IMG/VR virus record: IMGVR_UViG_3300046007_013272
DNA from: an uncultured virus (IMG/VR IMGVR_UViG_3300046007_013272)
Taxonomy: Duplodnaviria > Heunggongvirae > Uroviricota > Caudoviricetes
Direction: 5' to 3' (one strand)
Length of the DNA stretch: 20,000 nt
The notes under the pieces are model-generated. The model saw only the letters and a program-made list of their open reading frames with translations. It was not told the DNA's origin and ran no database searches. Positions 1 through 8,197 of this stretch are shown here, piece after piece (the first letter of the stretch is position 1; each line of letters begins with the position of its first letter). The translations under genes and the position numbers were made by a program.

Positions 1-89
1 CTTATCATAGTGGAGGAGGGCCTATAGGAGAAGGACCATGGTTATCTTTAAAAGCTAAATATCTAAAATTTTACAGATTAAAAGAATAA
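1..89 (+). CDS. 3' end of a hypothetical protein (partial)
   Basis: Frame 3 is open from the window start (YHSGGGPIGEGPWLSLKAKYLKFYRLKE) to TAA at 87-89, followed by an intergenic region. Confidence 0.5.
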   Translation, partial: YHSGGGPIGEGPWLSLKAKYLKFYRLKE

Positions 90-102
90 TTTTTTACTTA
101 AC

Positions 103-133
103 TTGCCCCCAACTAGTATGTTTAGTATATTTA
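103..133 (+). promoter_or_regulatory. putative host-RNAP promoter
   Basis: TTGCCC (103-108), 17 nt, TATATTTA (126-133); also reads as Bacteroidota-type TTG-N20-TAnnTTnn; same layout at 1220, 6855 and 12082. Confidence 0.55.
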
Positions 134-152
134 TTAAAAATAAAATAAACAA

Positions 153-350
153 ATGGAAAATTTTCTAACTGAACAGGACAAAAAGAAAACACAACTTATT
201 GATGAGCTTTTATCTGTAGCTAGCCTATTAGATGAAGCCTATCAATACCACCCCGCAAATCCTAAACAAATTAAAGTAGAGGATTATTTCCAAGAGTTAA
301 GTGAGAGAAAAGTACAAATTGAAACTGAATTATCTAATTTAGAAAATTGA
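153..350 (+). CDS. hypothetical protein, 65 aa, coiled-coil-like C-terminus
   Basis: ATG after an A-rich leader, downstream of the promoter motif; no family recognised. Confidence 0.65.
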   Translation: MENFLTEQDKKKTQLIDELLSVASLLDEAYQYHPANPKQIKVEDYFQELSERKVQIETELSNLEN

Positions 351-592
351 GCAAAAAAAAGTTAATTAAAGGATCCAAAATTAAAGTTAAAGGTATCTCT
401 GAACAAGGTATCTCTAGAACTTCTATTCACGGAAAAATCTGGCAAATTGAGCGAGTTGTTAACGACTTGTCTGAATTTTACTCTAGCAAAGGTCCTTTAA
501 TTGCTTTAAAAAGTTGTAGTGAAAGGAATGCTTGTTTTTGGTTTTATTATAAAGAAGATCCTCATTTTAAAATAACAAAATTTTTAGGATAA
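347..592 (+). CDS. hypothetical protein, 81 aa (TTG start)
   Basis: TTGA overlap with the upstream stop; fills the gap; no family recognised. Confidence 0.55.
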   Translation: MSKKKLIKGSKIKVKGISEQGISRTSIHGKIWQIERVVNDLSEFYSSKGPLIALKSCSERNACFWFYYKEDPHFKITKFLG

Positions 593-653
593 GAATTATT
601 CTTTTAAAAAATCCTAATATGTATTATTGTATAACAAAATACCATAAATAAAA

Positions 654-1169
654 ATGGCAATAACAACTTTAGCAGTTAGACAATTTTACCAAATTCCTTC
701 AGAATATGGCACTTTTAACCGTCCTGCATCAACTTTTGTAGTTACTGGATCTGTTAGTAGACTACTAGTTGATGGTGGTCGATCAAATTTAGCTAATGAT
801 TCTATGACTATCACCACTCAAAATAGCAGCCCCTATATTGCAAACTCAGGCACTGCAGAAGGTTGGTGGCCTAGTCCTAGTATTGACGGAGCTACGGGAT
901 ATGGTATTATTGTAGGTGGAAATGATGTATTTGCAAATACTTCTCCAGATGGTAGAATTTCAACAGTTTCATGTTGGGGTTGGATTGCACAAGAAGATCA
1001 AGCTGCTAATGATGCTGAATTTATTGCTTTAGCTGAAATTGTAACTGGAGTTGAAATAGCTAATACAGCATCTGCTAAAACTAATTTACAAAGCCGTGGT
1101 TATTACTATCAATACCCAACTGGGTATCAAGGACAAAGCCCAGGCACAGGACCAGGTTCAGATTCTTAA
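654..1169 (+). CDS. hypothetical protein, possibly virion-associated (Gly/Ser/Thr-rich)
   Basis: 171-aa ORF with only one Lys, unlike its Lys-rich neighbours; followed by a terminator. Confidence 0.75.
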   Translation: MAITTLAVRQFYQIPSEYGTFNRPASTFVVTGSVSRLLVDGGRSNLANDSMTITTQNSSPYIANSGTAEGWWPSPSIDGATGYGIIVGGNDVFANTSPDGRISTVSCWGWIAQEDQAANDAEFIALAEIVTGVEIANTASAKTNLQSRGYYYQYPTGYQGQSPGTGPGSDS

Positions 1170-1194
1170 TTGAAATAAAAAATATTTTAGAAAG

Positions 1195-1231
1195 AAGGGA
1201 AAATTTTTATAATTTTCCCTTGCTTTTTTTT
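1195..1231 (+). terminator. intrinsic terminator
   Basis: AAGGGAAAATT (1195-1205), loop TTTAT, AATTTTCCCTT (1211-1221): perfect 11-bp stem, then GC and a T-tract. Confidence 0.75.
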
Positions 1232-1250
1232 AAAATTGGTTGTAAATTCA
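1220..1250 (+). promoter_or_regulatory. putative promoter for the deazaguanine cluster
   Basis: TTGCTT (1220-1225), 17 nt, TAAATTCA (1243-1250); overlaps the terminator 3' arm. Confidence 0.5.
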
Positions 1251-1267
1251 AGATAAATAAATTCTTA

Positions 1268-2056
1268 ATGATAAAAGTTAGTCACGAAACTCCGTTATGT
1301 CTATTAGAAGATAGTCGTTTATTTAATGATTATGATTATTGCCTCCCCCACTTGCTCGATCAAGAGCAAGGCTATCAAGATTATTTTTTAACATCAGTAG
1401 CACAAGGTCGCTATGTTATTATGGATAATTCACTTCATGAGCTAGGACATGCTTATGATGAGGATCGTTTGCTACACTGGATTAGTGTACTTCGCCCTAA
1501 TGAATTTATTGTACCTGATGTTTGGCAAGATCGAGACAAATCAGTAGTAAACGCTCGTAAATGGGCTCAAGTTAAACTACCTATGGGGGTAGAAAAAGTA
1601 GCAGTAGTTCAAGCAACTACTATTCACGAAGCTGCTACTTGCTATCAAACCTACAAAGATCTAGGTTACAAGAAAATTGCATTTTCATATGGCGCTTCTT
1701 ACTATAATGATGTAGTACCTCACGCTAATAAAAACCTAGGTAAAGCACTTGGACGTTTATCTGTTATCTCAGCTCTATATGAAACTAAAGTAATTGAAAA
1801 TAACGATCGAGTACATTTATTAGGATGTCAAGTACCACAAGAATTTGGATGGTATAATGGATTTCAATTTATCGAATCAATTGATACTTCAAACCCAGTA
1901 ATGGCTGCTCTAGAAGGCATGCGTTACACAAATGCGGGTTTAATTGAAAAACCAAAAGCAAACATGAACGATTATTTCTTTATGTTGTCTGATCAAGTTG
2001 ATTATGAGCTTTTATCTTATAACATTTTAAAGTTTCGTGAAATTAACGATTTGTAA
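1268..2056 (+). CDS. TGT-fold deazaguanine transglycosylase-like protein (DpdA-like)
   Basis: TGT-like motifs IMDNS, IVPDVW, AVVQ, RVHLLG and SIDTSNP, directly upstream of queC. Likely start is ATG 1268 (MIKVSHE), because the track's TTG 1220 lies in the terminator/promoter. Confidence 0.7.
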   Translation: MIKVSHETPLCLLEDSRLFNDYDYCLPHLLDQEQGYQDYFLTSVAQGRYVIMDNSLHELGHAYDEDRLLHWISVLRPNEFIVPDVWQDRDKSVVNARKWAQVKLPMGVEKVAVVQATTIHEAATCYQTYKDLGYKKIAFSYGASYYNDVVPHANKNLGKALGRLSVISALYETKVIENNDRVHLLGCQVPQEFGWYNGFQFIESIDTSNPVMAALEGMRYTNAGLIEKPKANMNDYFFMLSDQVDYELLSYNILKFREINDL

Positions 2057-2118
2057 AAGCGTTTGCCTATACGCTTACAATACATGGCAAATTAAATATT
2101 TATACAAAACATGGCAAA
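2051..2118 (+). promoter_or_regulatory. candidate cis-regulatory RNA pseudoknot upstream of queC
   Basis: Stem AAGCG(T)/(A)CGCTT at 2057-2062 and 2071-2076; loop TTGCC is complementary to GGCAA at 2086-2090 and to GGCAA at 2113-2117, which overlaps the queC start codon. Confidence 0.45.
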
Positions 2119-2989
2119 ACACGTTGTAGTTTCGTTATCTGGAGGAATGGATTCCTCAACACTATTGCTTAGAGCGCTAAGCGAATTTGATACTGTAACA
2201 GCAGTATCGTTTGACTATGGTCAAAAACATAAAGTAGAGCTTGATCGAGCCCAATCACTGGTAAATTATATTAATGATAATCCTACTAGAGTATTCCATC
2301 ATGATCATGCTCCAAATGGATTTGAAGAATCGTATCCATTAGTAAATTACCGAGTAATTAAACTTGATGGTTTAGTTGATTTACTTAACTCAGCCCTAGT
2401 AACAGGTGGTGCCGAGGTACCAGAAGGTCACTATGCTGAAGAAAACATGAAAGCTACAGTAGTACCCAATCGAAACAAGATTTTCAGTTCAATTACTCAG
2501 GCAATTGCTTTGTCTATTGCTACTGAAAAAAAAGAAGAATGTTCTATTGCTTTAGGTATTCACGCAGGTGATCACGCTATTTATCCTGATTGTCGTCAAG
2601 AGTTTCGTGACGCTGATGACCTCGCCTTTCGAGTAGGTAACTGGGATAGTGAATTAGTTTCATATTGGACTCCATATCTTGAAGGTGATAAATTTACTAT
2701 TTTGCAAGATGGAGAGAAATTGTGTGCTAATCTAGGAGTTGACTTTAATGAAGTTTATAAACGCACTAATACCTCTTATAAACCACTTCAACATATTATT
2801 GAAACGCAACCTGGATGGACTGAGCTAGTATGGTTTAGTGATTACAAATCAGCATCATCTGTTGAACGAGTTGAAGCGTTTATTAAGCTGGGTCGCCCCG
2901 ATCCCGCAGAGTATGCTGACGAGACCGGTCCTGTAACTTGGGAACATGTAATAAATGAAGTATCTAAAGTACTATCTAATCATGAGTGA
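2111..2989 (+). CDS. queC: 7-cyano-7-deazaguanine synthase
   Basis: SLSGGMDS PP-loop, FDYGQKH, VPNRN, GIHAGDHAIYPDCR motifs. Confidence 0.95.
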   Translation: MAKHVVVSLSGGMDSSTLLLRALSEFDTVTAVSFDYGQKHKVELDRAQSLVNYINDNPTRVFHHDHAPNGFEESYPLVNYRVIKLDGLVDLLNSALVTGGAEVPEGHYAEENMKATVVPNRNKIFSSITQAIALSIATEKKEECSIALGIHAGDHAIYPDCRQEFRDADDLAFRVGNWDSELVSYWTPYLEGDKFTILQDGEKLCANLGVDFNEVYKRTNTSYKPLQHIIETQPGWTELVWFSDYKSASSVERVEAFIKLGRPDPAEYADETGPVTWEHVINEVSKVLSNHE

Positions 2990-3284
2990 TGGAATAACAG
3001 AAGCTCGTAGAGGCACCTATTTTAAATCCGATAAATATAACCATGATGATAGTATTATTAATCCTGAGTTATACGGAAAAATAAAAAGTACAAAAAACGT
3101 GAAAATAGATACTAAAATTAAAGATTTTAAACATATGCCTAATCAAAAATGGCATAAAATTATGAGCTTTATTAAATCAAGTATCCGTATAACTGGTTAT
3201 ATTCTTATCCCATTCGACTTGACCTCAGCTGCTCTTGTTCTTATATTTAGTGAAATAGTAGGTATATTAGAAGAATTAGTATGA
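2982..3284 (+). CDS. hypothetical membrane protein
   Basis: Likely ATG 2982 overlapping the queC end; hydrophobic C-terminus (GYILIPFDLTSAALVLIFSEIVGILEELV); ATGA-coupled to the next ORF. Confidence 0.6.
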   Translation: MSDGITEARRGTYFKSDKYNHDDSIINPELYGKIKSTKNVKIDTKIKDFKHMPNQKWHKIMSFIKSSIRITGYILIPFDLTSAALVLIFSEIVGILEELV

Positions 3285-3427
3285 AAAAATTCGAAACTTG
3301 GTTTTTGAAATATGGACATTGGAGTTTTTTAACAAGCTCACTTTTTGAAGCATCAGAGAGTCGTTGGTTAACGGCGGCTGCTTTTATGTTTCTTTTTATT
3401 AACTATCAATTTTTAAACAAAAAATGA
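3281..3427 (+). CDS. small hydrophobic protein, 48 aa (not in ORF track)
   Basis: MKKFETWFLKYGHWSFLTSSLFEASESRWLTAAAFMFLFINYQFLNKK; ATGA overlaps at both ends fill the gap exactly. Confidence 0.6.
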   Translation: MKKFETWFLKYGHWSFLTSSLFEASESRWLTAAAFMFLFINYQFLNKK

Positions 3428-3672
3428 AACAACTTTGGTATTTTTCAGCCCCATGGTGCGGTCCATGTCAATCTTTTGGTCCTATTATGGATCAAGTAAC
3501 AAATGCAGGTGTAAATGTAAAAAAAGTTAATATTGATTATGAACCTAATGCCTCAACTACTTATGGTATTAAAAGTGTTCCAACTGTTATTTTAGTTGAA
3601 GACGGACAAGAAAAAGCACGTTTTATAGGAGCTCGTTCTTTGAATGATGTGATTAAATTTTACAATCAATAA
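3424..3672 (+). CDS. thioredoxin
   Basis: FSAPWCGPC active site and SVPT cis-Pro loop. Confidence 0.92.
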   Translation: MKQLWYFSAPWCGPCQSFGPIMDQVTNAGVNVKKVNIDYEPNASTTYGIKSVPTVILVEDGQEKARFIGARSLNDVIKFYNQ

Positions 3673-4136
3673 TGAGTAGTTTTAGGTCAACAAAAGTATT
3701 TGATGGCTACTCAACAGTATTCCGCCAATGGAAAGCTGAAGGAACACATTGTAGATTCCTTCATGGCTATGGAGTAAGTTTAAAAGTATGGTTCGAAGGT
3801 GAACTTGACCAGCGTAACTGGGTATGGGACTTCGGAGGTATGAAGCGTGCTAAAGGTACTATCGATGGTATGAACCCTAAAGCATGGATGGATTATATGC
3901 TTGATCATACTACAATTATTGCAGATGATGATCCATACCTTTCTTACTTCCATAACATGTACACCGAAGGTCTAATTCAACTACGAATTATTCCAGCTAC
4001 AGGAGCAGAGCGTTTTGCAGAGTACTTCTACAACAAATTAAATACATTTATTCAAGAAGAAACAGATGGTCGTGTTAAAGTAGTTCAAGTTGAATTTCGT
4101 GAACACGAGAAAAACACAGCATTTTATAAAGGATAA
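3672..4136 (+). CDS. queD: 6-carboxy-5,6,7,8-tetrahydropterin synthase
   Basis: HCRFLHGY, WDFG, LDHT and GAERFA T-fold motifs; lies between queC and queE. Confidence 0.88.
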   Translation: MSSFRSTKVFDGYSTVFRQWKAEGTHCRFLHGYGVSLKVWFEGELDQRNWVWDFGGMKRAKGTIDGMNPKAWMDYMLDHTTIIADDDPYLSYFHNMYTEGLIQLRIIPATGAERFAEYFYNKLNTFIQEETDGRVKVVQVEFREHEKNTAFYKG

Positions 4137-4138
4137 TT

Positions 4139-4921
4139 ATGTCACTAGGAAGAATAGAAGACTACAATAAAATTCTACCAATTGTAGAATTATACACTTG
4201 TGTGCAATCAGAGGGTAGCCGAGCAGGTCGCCCTACTGTTGCAGTCCGCACTACGGGTTGCACCCACCGCTGCTACTTTGGTGAAGGTGGATGGTGTGAT
4301 TCTTGGTACACAAGTATCCACCCTGAAAAAGGTAAATACACTTTCCAGGATATTATTAACATTTACGATCAAAATCCTGAAATTAAGGAGATGATGTTAA
4401 CTGGAGGTTCTCCAACTATGCATCCAAAACTCGTAAACGAACTAACTCACTTTGCAAATGAAAGGCAAATCATCATCACGATCGAAACAGAAGGGTCTGC
4501 TTTCCTTGAAACAGATTATCCTATTGGGCTTATTAGTTTCAGCCCTAAATTTAGTAACAGCGTGCCTGTACTTGGGGGTACTACACCTCTTGGGAGTATT
4601 GTAGATCAAAAATTCATTGATACTCACAATCGACTACGTCTAAACAAAGACGCGATTAAAAAGTCAATGGCTTATCATTCAGACTACCATATGAAGGTAG
4701 TCGTTAACCCAGATGAAATGCCAGAAACTTGGGCTGAAATTCGTTCATTTATGGATGAGCTAGAAGTACCAAAAGATAAAATCTGGATTATGCCTCCTGG
4801 AGATAATCGTCAAGAACTAATTCGTGTTTATCCTATGGTAATTGATTGGTGTACTAAGAATTACTATAACTTTACAGGTCGTGAACATATTATTGCTTTT
4901 GATACTAAACGTGAAGTCTAA
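4139..4921 (+). CDS. queE: 7-carboxy-7-deazaguanine synthase (radical SAM)
   Basis: VQSEG...RTTGCTHRCYFGEGGWCDS, LTGGSP, IETEG, SPK motifs. Confidence 0.92.
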   Translation: MSLGRIEDYNKILPIVELYTCVQSEGSRAGRPTVAVRTTGCTHRCYFGEGGWCDSWYTSIHPEKGKYTFQDIINIYDQNPEIKEMMLTGGSPTMHPKLVNELTHFANERQIIITIETEGSAFLETDYPIGLISFSPKFSNSVPVLGGTTPLGSIVDQKFIDTHNRLRLNKDAIKKSMAYHSDYHMKVVVNPDEMPETWAEIRSFMDELEVPKDKIWIMPPGDNRQELIRVYPMVIDWCTKNYYNFTGREHIIAFDTKREV

Positions 4922-5100
4922 TGCCTTTTGTCATTTTTAAGCATACTAACATCCAAGGAATCCCTCGTACTATCATCGTGAATGATAGTGAGGGTATTCC
5001 TATGGAGTTTGAATCTATGAGTGCTGCTACAAAATTAGCTGAACTATTTCAAGCCAACACCACTTCAGGAAATATTTACGAAGTAAAAAAAATAAAATAA
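4921..5100 (+). CDS. hypothetical protein, 59 aa (not in ORF track)
   Basis: MPFVIFKHTNIQGIPRTIIVNDSEGIPMEFESMSAATKLAELFQANTTSGNIYEVKKIK; TAATG overlaps at both ends. Confidence 0.65.
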   Translation: MPFVIFKHTNIQGIPRTIIVNDSEGIPMEFESMSAATKLAELFQANTTSGNIYEVKKIK

Positions 5101-5252
5101 TGGCTAAAACTAGTGAAAAAATAGTTTGCCATAACTGTTTAGATTCTATAACTTTTAAAAAAGGAGTTAAAGTAGAAAGAAATAACTTTGGGATTCCTCA
5201 TTTTGTTTGGATTTGTAAAAAATGTTACGATGCAGCTCCTACTAGAAAATAA
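5100..5252 (+). CDS. small zinc-ribbon protein, 50 aa (not in ORF track)
   Basis: MAKTSEKIVCHNCLDSITFKKGVKVERNNFGIPHFVWICKKCYDAAPTRK; two CxxC pairs; TAATG-coupled start. Confidence 0.65.
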   Translation: MAKTSEKIVCHNCLDSITFKKGVKVERNNFGIPHFVWICKKCYDAAPTRK

Positions 5253-5403
5253 TAAAGGACATGTTATAGTAGACGATTCTACAGGTAAAATTATTTCTGT
5301 TGTCGTTCATAATGCTATTAAAAATAAACAAGATTTTATTAACTTAGCCAGTTTTACAAATAACCCAGATGGGACTCACTCTGCAACACGTTTTGTAAAA
5401 TGA
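5230..5403 (+). CDS. hypothetical protein, 57 aa
   Basis: ATG 5230 (MQLLLENN) in the frame of track ORF 5188..5403; ATGA overlap with thyA. Confidence 0.5.
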   Translation: MQLLLENNKGHVIVDDSTGKIISVVVHNAIKNKQDFINLASFTNNPDGTHSATRFVK

Positions 5404-6338
5404 ACAATTTAGATAAAACATACCAAGCACTCCTACAAGATATCCTAGATAACGGAGTAAAAAAGGAAGACAGAACAGGTACCGGAACTATTTCAGTATT
5501 TGGTCGTCAGATCAGACATAAAATGTCTGACGGTTATCCTTTGCTTACTACTAAGAAAATGGCATTCAAAACTATGGTAACTGAGTTACTGTGGTTTTTG
5601 AAAGGAAATACCAACATTAAGTATTTGGTTGAGAATGGATGTAACATATGGACTGGGGATGCATACAAACGTTATAAAACTGTATGGGAATACGAATTAG
5701 ATGAACCATTGTCAATGGAAGACTTTGTTCAGCGTATTAAAACAGATCCTATTTTTGCACACGTTTGGGGTGAGTTAGGACCAATTTATGGAGCACAATG
5801 GAGAAAGTGGCCATCATCTGATTTAGCAGGTGGTGATATTGACCAAATTAAAAATCTAATTTATCAACTCAAAACAAACCCAGATTCAAGACGATTAATG
5901 GTTTCAGCTTGGAATGTTGATGATCTAGAACATATGGCTCTACCTCCTTGCCATTACGGATTTCAAGTTTATACAAGACCAACTACACGTGAAGAGAAGA
6001 TTATTAATCCTGGAAAATACAGAGCAATCTCTCTAATGTGGAATCAACGTTCAGTAGATACATTCTTAGGTTTACCATTCAATATTGCCTCTTACGGATT
6101 ATTGCTTGAAATGATTGCTAAAGAAGTAGACATGGTACCTGATGAATTGATTGGTAATTTAGGTGATGTTCATTTGTATTCAAATCACGTTGAACAGGCA
6201 AAAGAACAAATCACTAGAAAACCAATGACTTTACCTACAGTAGAGATAACAGAACTAGATTTGTTGGAAGGTAGTGTATCGGCAGAATTAAAAAACTATA
6301 TTCACCACGATCCAATCAAAGCACCTTTATCTAATTAA
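5400..6338 (+). CDS. thyA: thymidylate synthase
   Basis: DRTGTGT, ELLWFLKG, LGPIYG, SRR, LPPCH, QRSVDTFLGLPFNIASY, HLYSNH. Confidence 0.97.
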   Translation: MNNLDKTYQALLQDILDNGVKKEDRTGTGTISVFGRQIRHKMSDGYPLLTTKKMAFKTMVTELLWFLKGNTNIKYLVENGCNIWTGDAYKRYKTVWEYELDEPLSMEDFVQRIKTDPIFAHVWGELGPIYGAQWRKWPSSDLAGGDIDQIKNLIYQLKTNPDSRRLMVSAWNVDDLEHMALPPCHYGFQVYTRPTTREEKIINPGKYRAISLMWNQRSVDTFLGLPFNIASYGLLLEMIAKEVDMVPDELIGNLGDVHLYSNHVEQAKEQITRKPMTLPTVEITELDLLEGSVSAELKNYIHHDPIKAPLSN

Positions 6339-6340
6339 TT

Positions 6341-6865
6341 ATGATTGAATTATATTCTGCTCACGATATAGACATTAAAACCAAAATTATTGCTCAACAA
6401 ATTTCTCGCGAGCATAAAAATGATGCTACACCTGTTGTAATGGTAGGAGTACTAAATGGAGCATTTATGTTCTATTCAGATCTAGTTCGTAATATGGATA
6501 TTGATGTAGAATGTGATTTTGTTCGAGTCAAATCCTACTCAGGTAAAGAACGAGGCAGTATTCAACTCACTAAAGATATTGAAACATCAGTGCAGGGTAA
6601 GTACGTTTACTTAGTTGATGATATTTTTGATTCAGGAGAAACAATGCGATTTTTAGCTAAATATTTTAATATTAAAGGTGCAAAAGATATCAATGTTGTT
6701 ACTCTAGTAAAACGAGCTAAAAATGAATTTAACCCTATAGGACCTCATAGTCTTATATCTTCATTTAGACATGCTTTTGAATGCGAGGATGAATGGTTGA
6801 TTGGTTATGGAATGGATTCAACAGGGGGTTATAAAAGAAATCTTAAATCTATCTTTGCTCTTTAA
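6341..6865 (+). CDS. hpt: hypoxanthine/guanine phosphoribosyltransferase-like protein
   Basis: VLNGAFMFYSDL, KSY loop, PRPP-binding LVDDIFDSGET, IGYGMD...RNL. Confidence 0.88.
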   Translation: MIELYSAHDIDIKTKIIAQQISREHKNDATPVVMVGVLNGAFMFYSDLVRNMDIDVECDFVRVKSYSGKERGSIQLTKDIETSVQGKYVYLVDDIFDSGETMRFLAKYFNIKGAKDINVVTLVKRAKNEFNPIGPHSLISSFRHAFECEDEWLIGYGMDSTGGYKRNLKSIFAL

Positions 6866-6884
6866 AAAAAAGTTATTATATTAA
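6855..6884 (+). promoter_or_regulatory. possible promoter upstream of folE
   Basis: TTGCTC (6855-6860), 16 nt, TATATTAA (6877-6884); very close to the ATG, implying a nearly leaderless transcript. Confidence 0.3.
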
Positions 6885-6888
6885 TGTT

Positions 6889-7593
6889 ATGGAAAATATA
6901 GAAAATAAACGTCGTAAAAAACACGAAAATATTGAATGCGTTCCTGTTGGTTTCGCAAACGGAGTAGCAGGTGATTTCCCACTTTCAGCTGAACAAAAAG
7001 AAGCAATGATCGAGGAAGCAGCAGAGCACTTTGGACGCTTTCTTACAGCACTAAAATGTGATTGGCAAAATGACCCTAACTCAATGGAGACACCTCGTCG
7101 CGTAGCTAAAGCATACGTAAACGATTTATGGAAAGGCCGTTATACTCCATTTACAGAAATTACTTCATTCCCCTCAGATGGTTATGATGGAATTATCATT
7201 GAACGTAACATTCAACTTACATCAATGTGTTCACACCACCACCAAACAATTCGTGGTGTAGTACATATTGGTTATGTAGCTGGAGATAATGGTCGTGTAA
7301 TTGGTTTATCTAAACTAAACCGAATTGTAGAACATTTTGGTCGTCGAGGTGCTATCCAAGAACAACTTACATCAGCTATTCACCAAGCAGTAAATAAAGT
7401 ATGTGAAGGTAATCGTGGTGTAATTGTAACTGTAGTTGCTACACACAACTGTGTATCTTGTAGAGGTATTAATCACCAAGGTGCAGCAATGGTAACTACC
7501 AAAGCATCAGGTGTGTTCATGGAAAATGATAACCAAGCTCGTAAAGAATTCTTTGATAGTCTTAAAATAAATAATGGTCATGTCTCAATTTAA
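6889..7593 (+). CDS. folE: GTP cyclohydrolase I
   Basis: ETPRRVAK, SMCSHHH, GLSKLNRIV, IQEQLT, HNCVSCRG. Confidence 0.95.
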   Translation: MENIENKRRKKHENIECVPVGFANGVAGDFPLSAEQKEAMIEEAAEHFGRFLTALKCDWQNDPNSMETPRRVAKAYVNDLWKGRYTPFTEITSFPSDGYDGIIIERNIQLTSMCSHHHQTIRGVVHIGYVAGDNGRVIGLSKLNRIVEHFGRRGAIQEQLTSAIHQAVNKVCEGNRGVIVTVVATHNCVSCRGINHQGAAMVTTKASGVFMENDNQARKEFFDSLKINNGHVSI

Positions 7594-8197
7594 AGAATTA
7601 ATAACAATAGAATTAATTAATAGTTTAGGATTACTTCGTTCATTCTCTGATCGAGATGAAGCAACCCGTAACCCTGAAATAGATTGGGCTGAAGAAACTG
7701 CAGGTAGAATTGCAAAATTATTCAATTCCAAATATGTACCATTCGTAAGCGAGGTTGAAGAGTTCAACAGCTTAATGAATAAACCCAACAATTATGCACC
7801 CACAATTCCAGCAAAATCTGAATGGGATTTTGTCTACAACTTCGTTTTGGAAGAACTTGAGGAATATAAACAAGCTTGTGAAAAACAAGACATCGTGGAA
7901 ATTTTGGATGCATTGTGTGACATTGCTTATGTATCCCTTGGGAACGGTACTATGCTTCATGGCCTTAAGAATCAAATTTGGCCCGCTTATATGGAAGTAC
8001 AGGCATCAAATCTTTCAAAAGCTTGTTTTACACAAGAAGAGGCACAAAAGACTGTTGAAACACGTTCACAAGAACAAGGCGAAGGCTGTCACTATGAGCA
8101 GGTTGGTAACAAGTATGTTGTATATCGTACTCGAGACCGTAAAGTAATGAAATCAATTAATTATTTTAAACCTGATCTGAATCAATTCTTTAAATAA
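7580..8197 (+). CDS. MazG-like/PRA-PH family all-alpha NTP pyrophosphohydrolase with N-terminal extension
   Basis: LEELEEY...VEILDALCDIAYV, SNLSK, KVMKS..YFKPDL; start at 7574 or 7580. Confidence 0.8.
   Translation: MSQFKELITIELINSLGLLRSFSDRDEATRNPEIDWAEETAGRIAKLFNSKYVPFVSEVEEFNSLMNKPNNYAPTIPAKSEWDFVYNFVLEELEEYKQACEKQDIVEILDALCDIAYVSLGNGTMLHGLKNQIWPAYMEVQASNLSKACFTQEEAQKTVETRSQEQGEGCHYEQVGNKYVVYRTRDRKVMKSINYFKPDLNQFFK

Noticed and set aside
584..617. Imperfect inverted repeat TTAGGAT...ATCCTAA with inner AAGAAT/ATTCTT
   Set aside because: AT-rich and bulged, with no clear U-tract; could be chance
5400..6338. ThyA homologue acting as a dCMP hydroxymethylase
   Set aside because: It keeps the dUMP-specifying Asn in GLPFNIASY and otherwise canonical ThyA motifs
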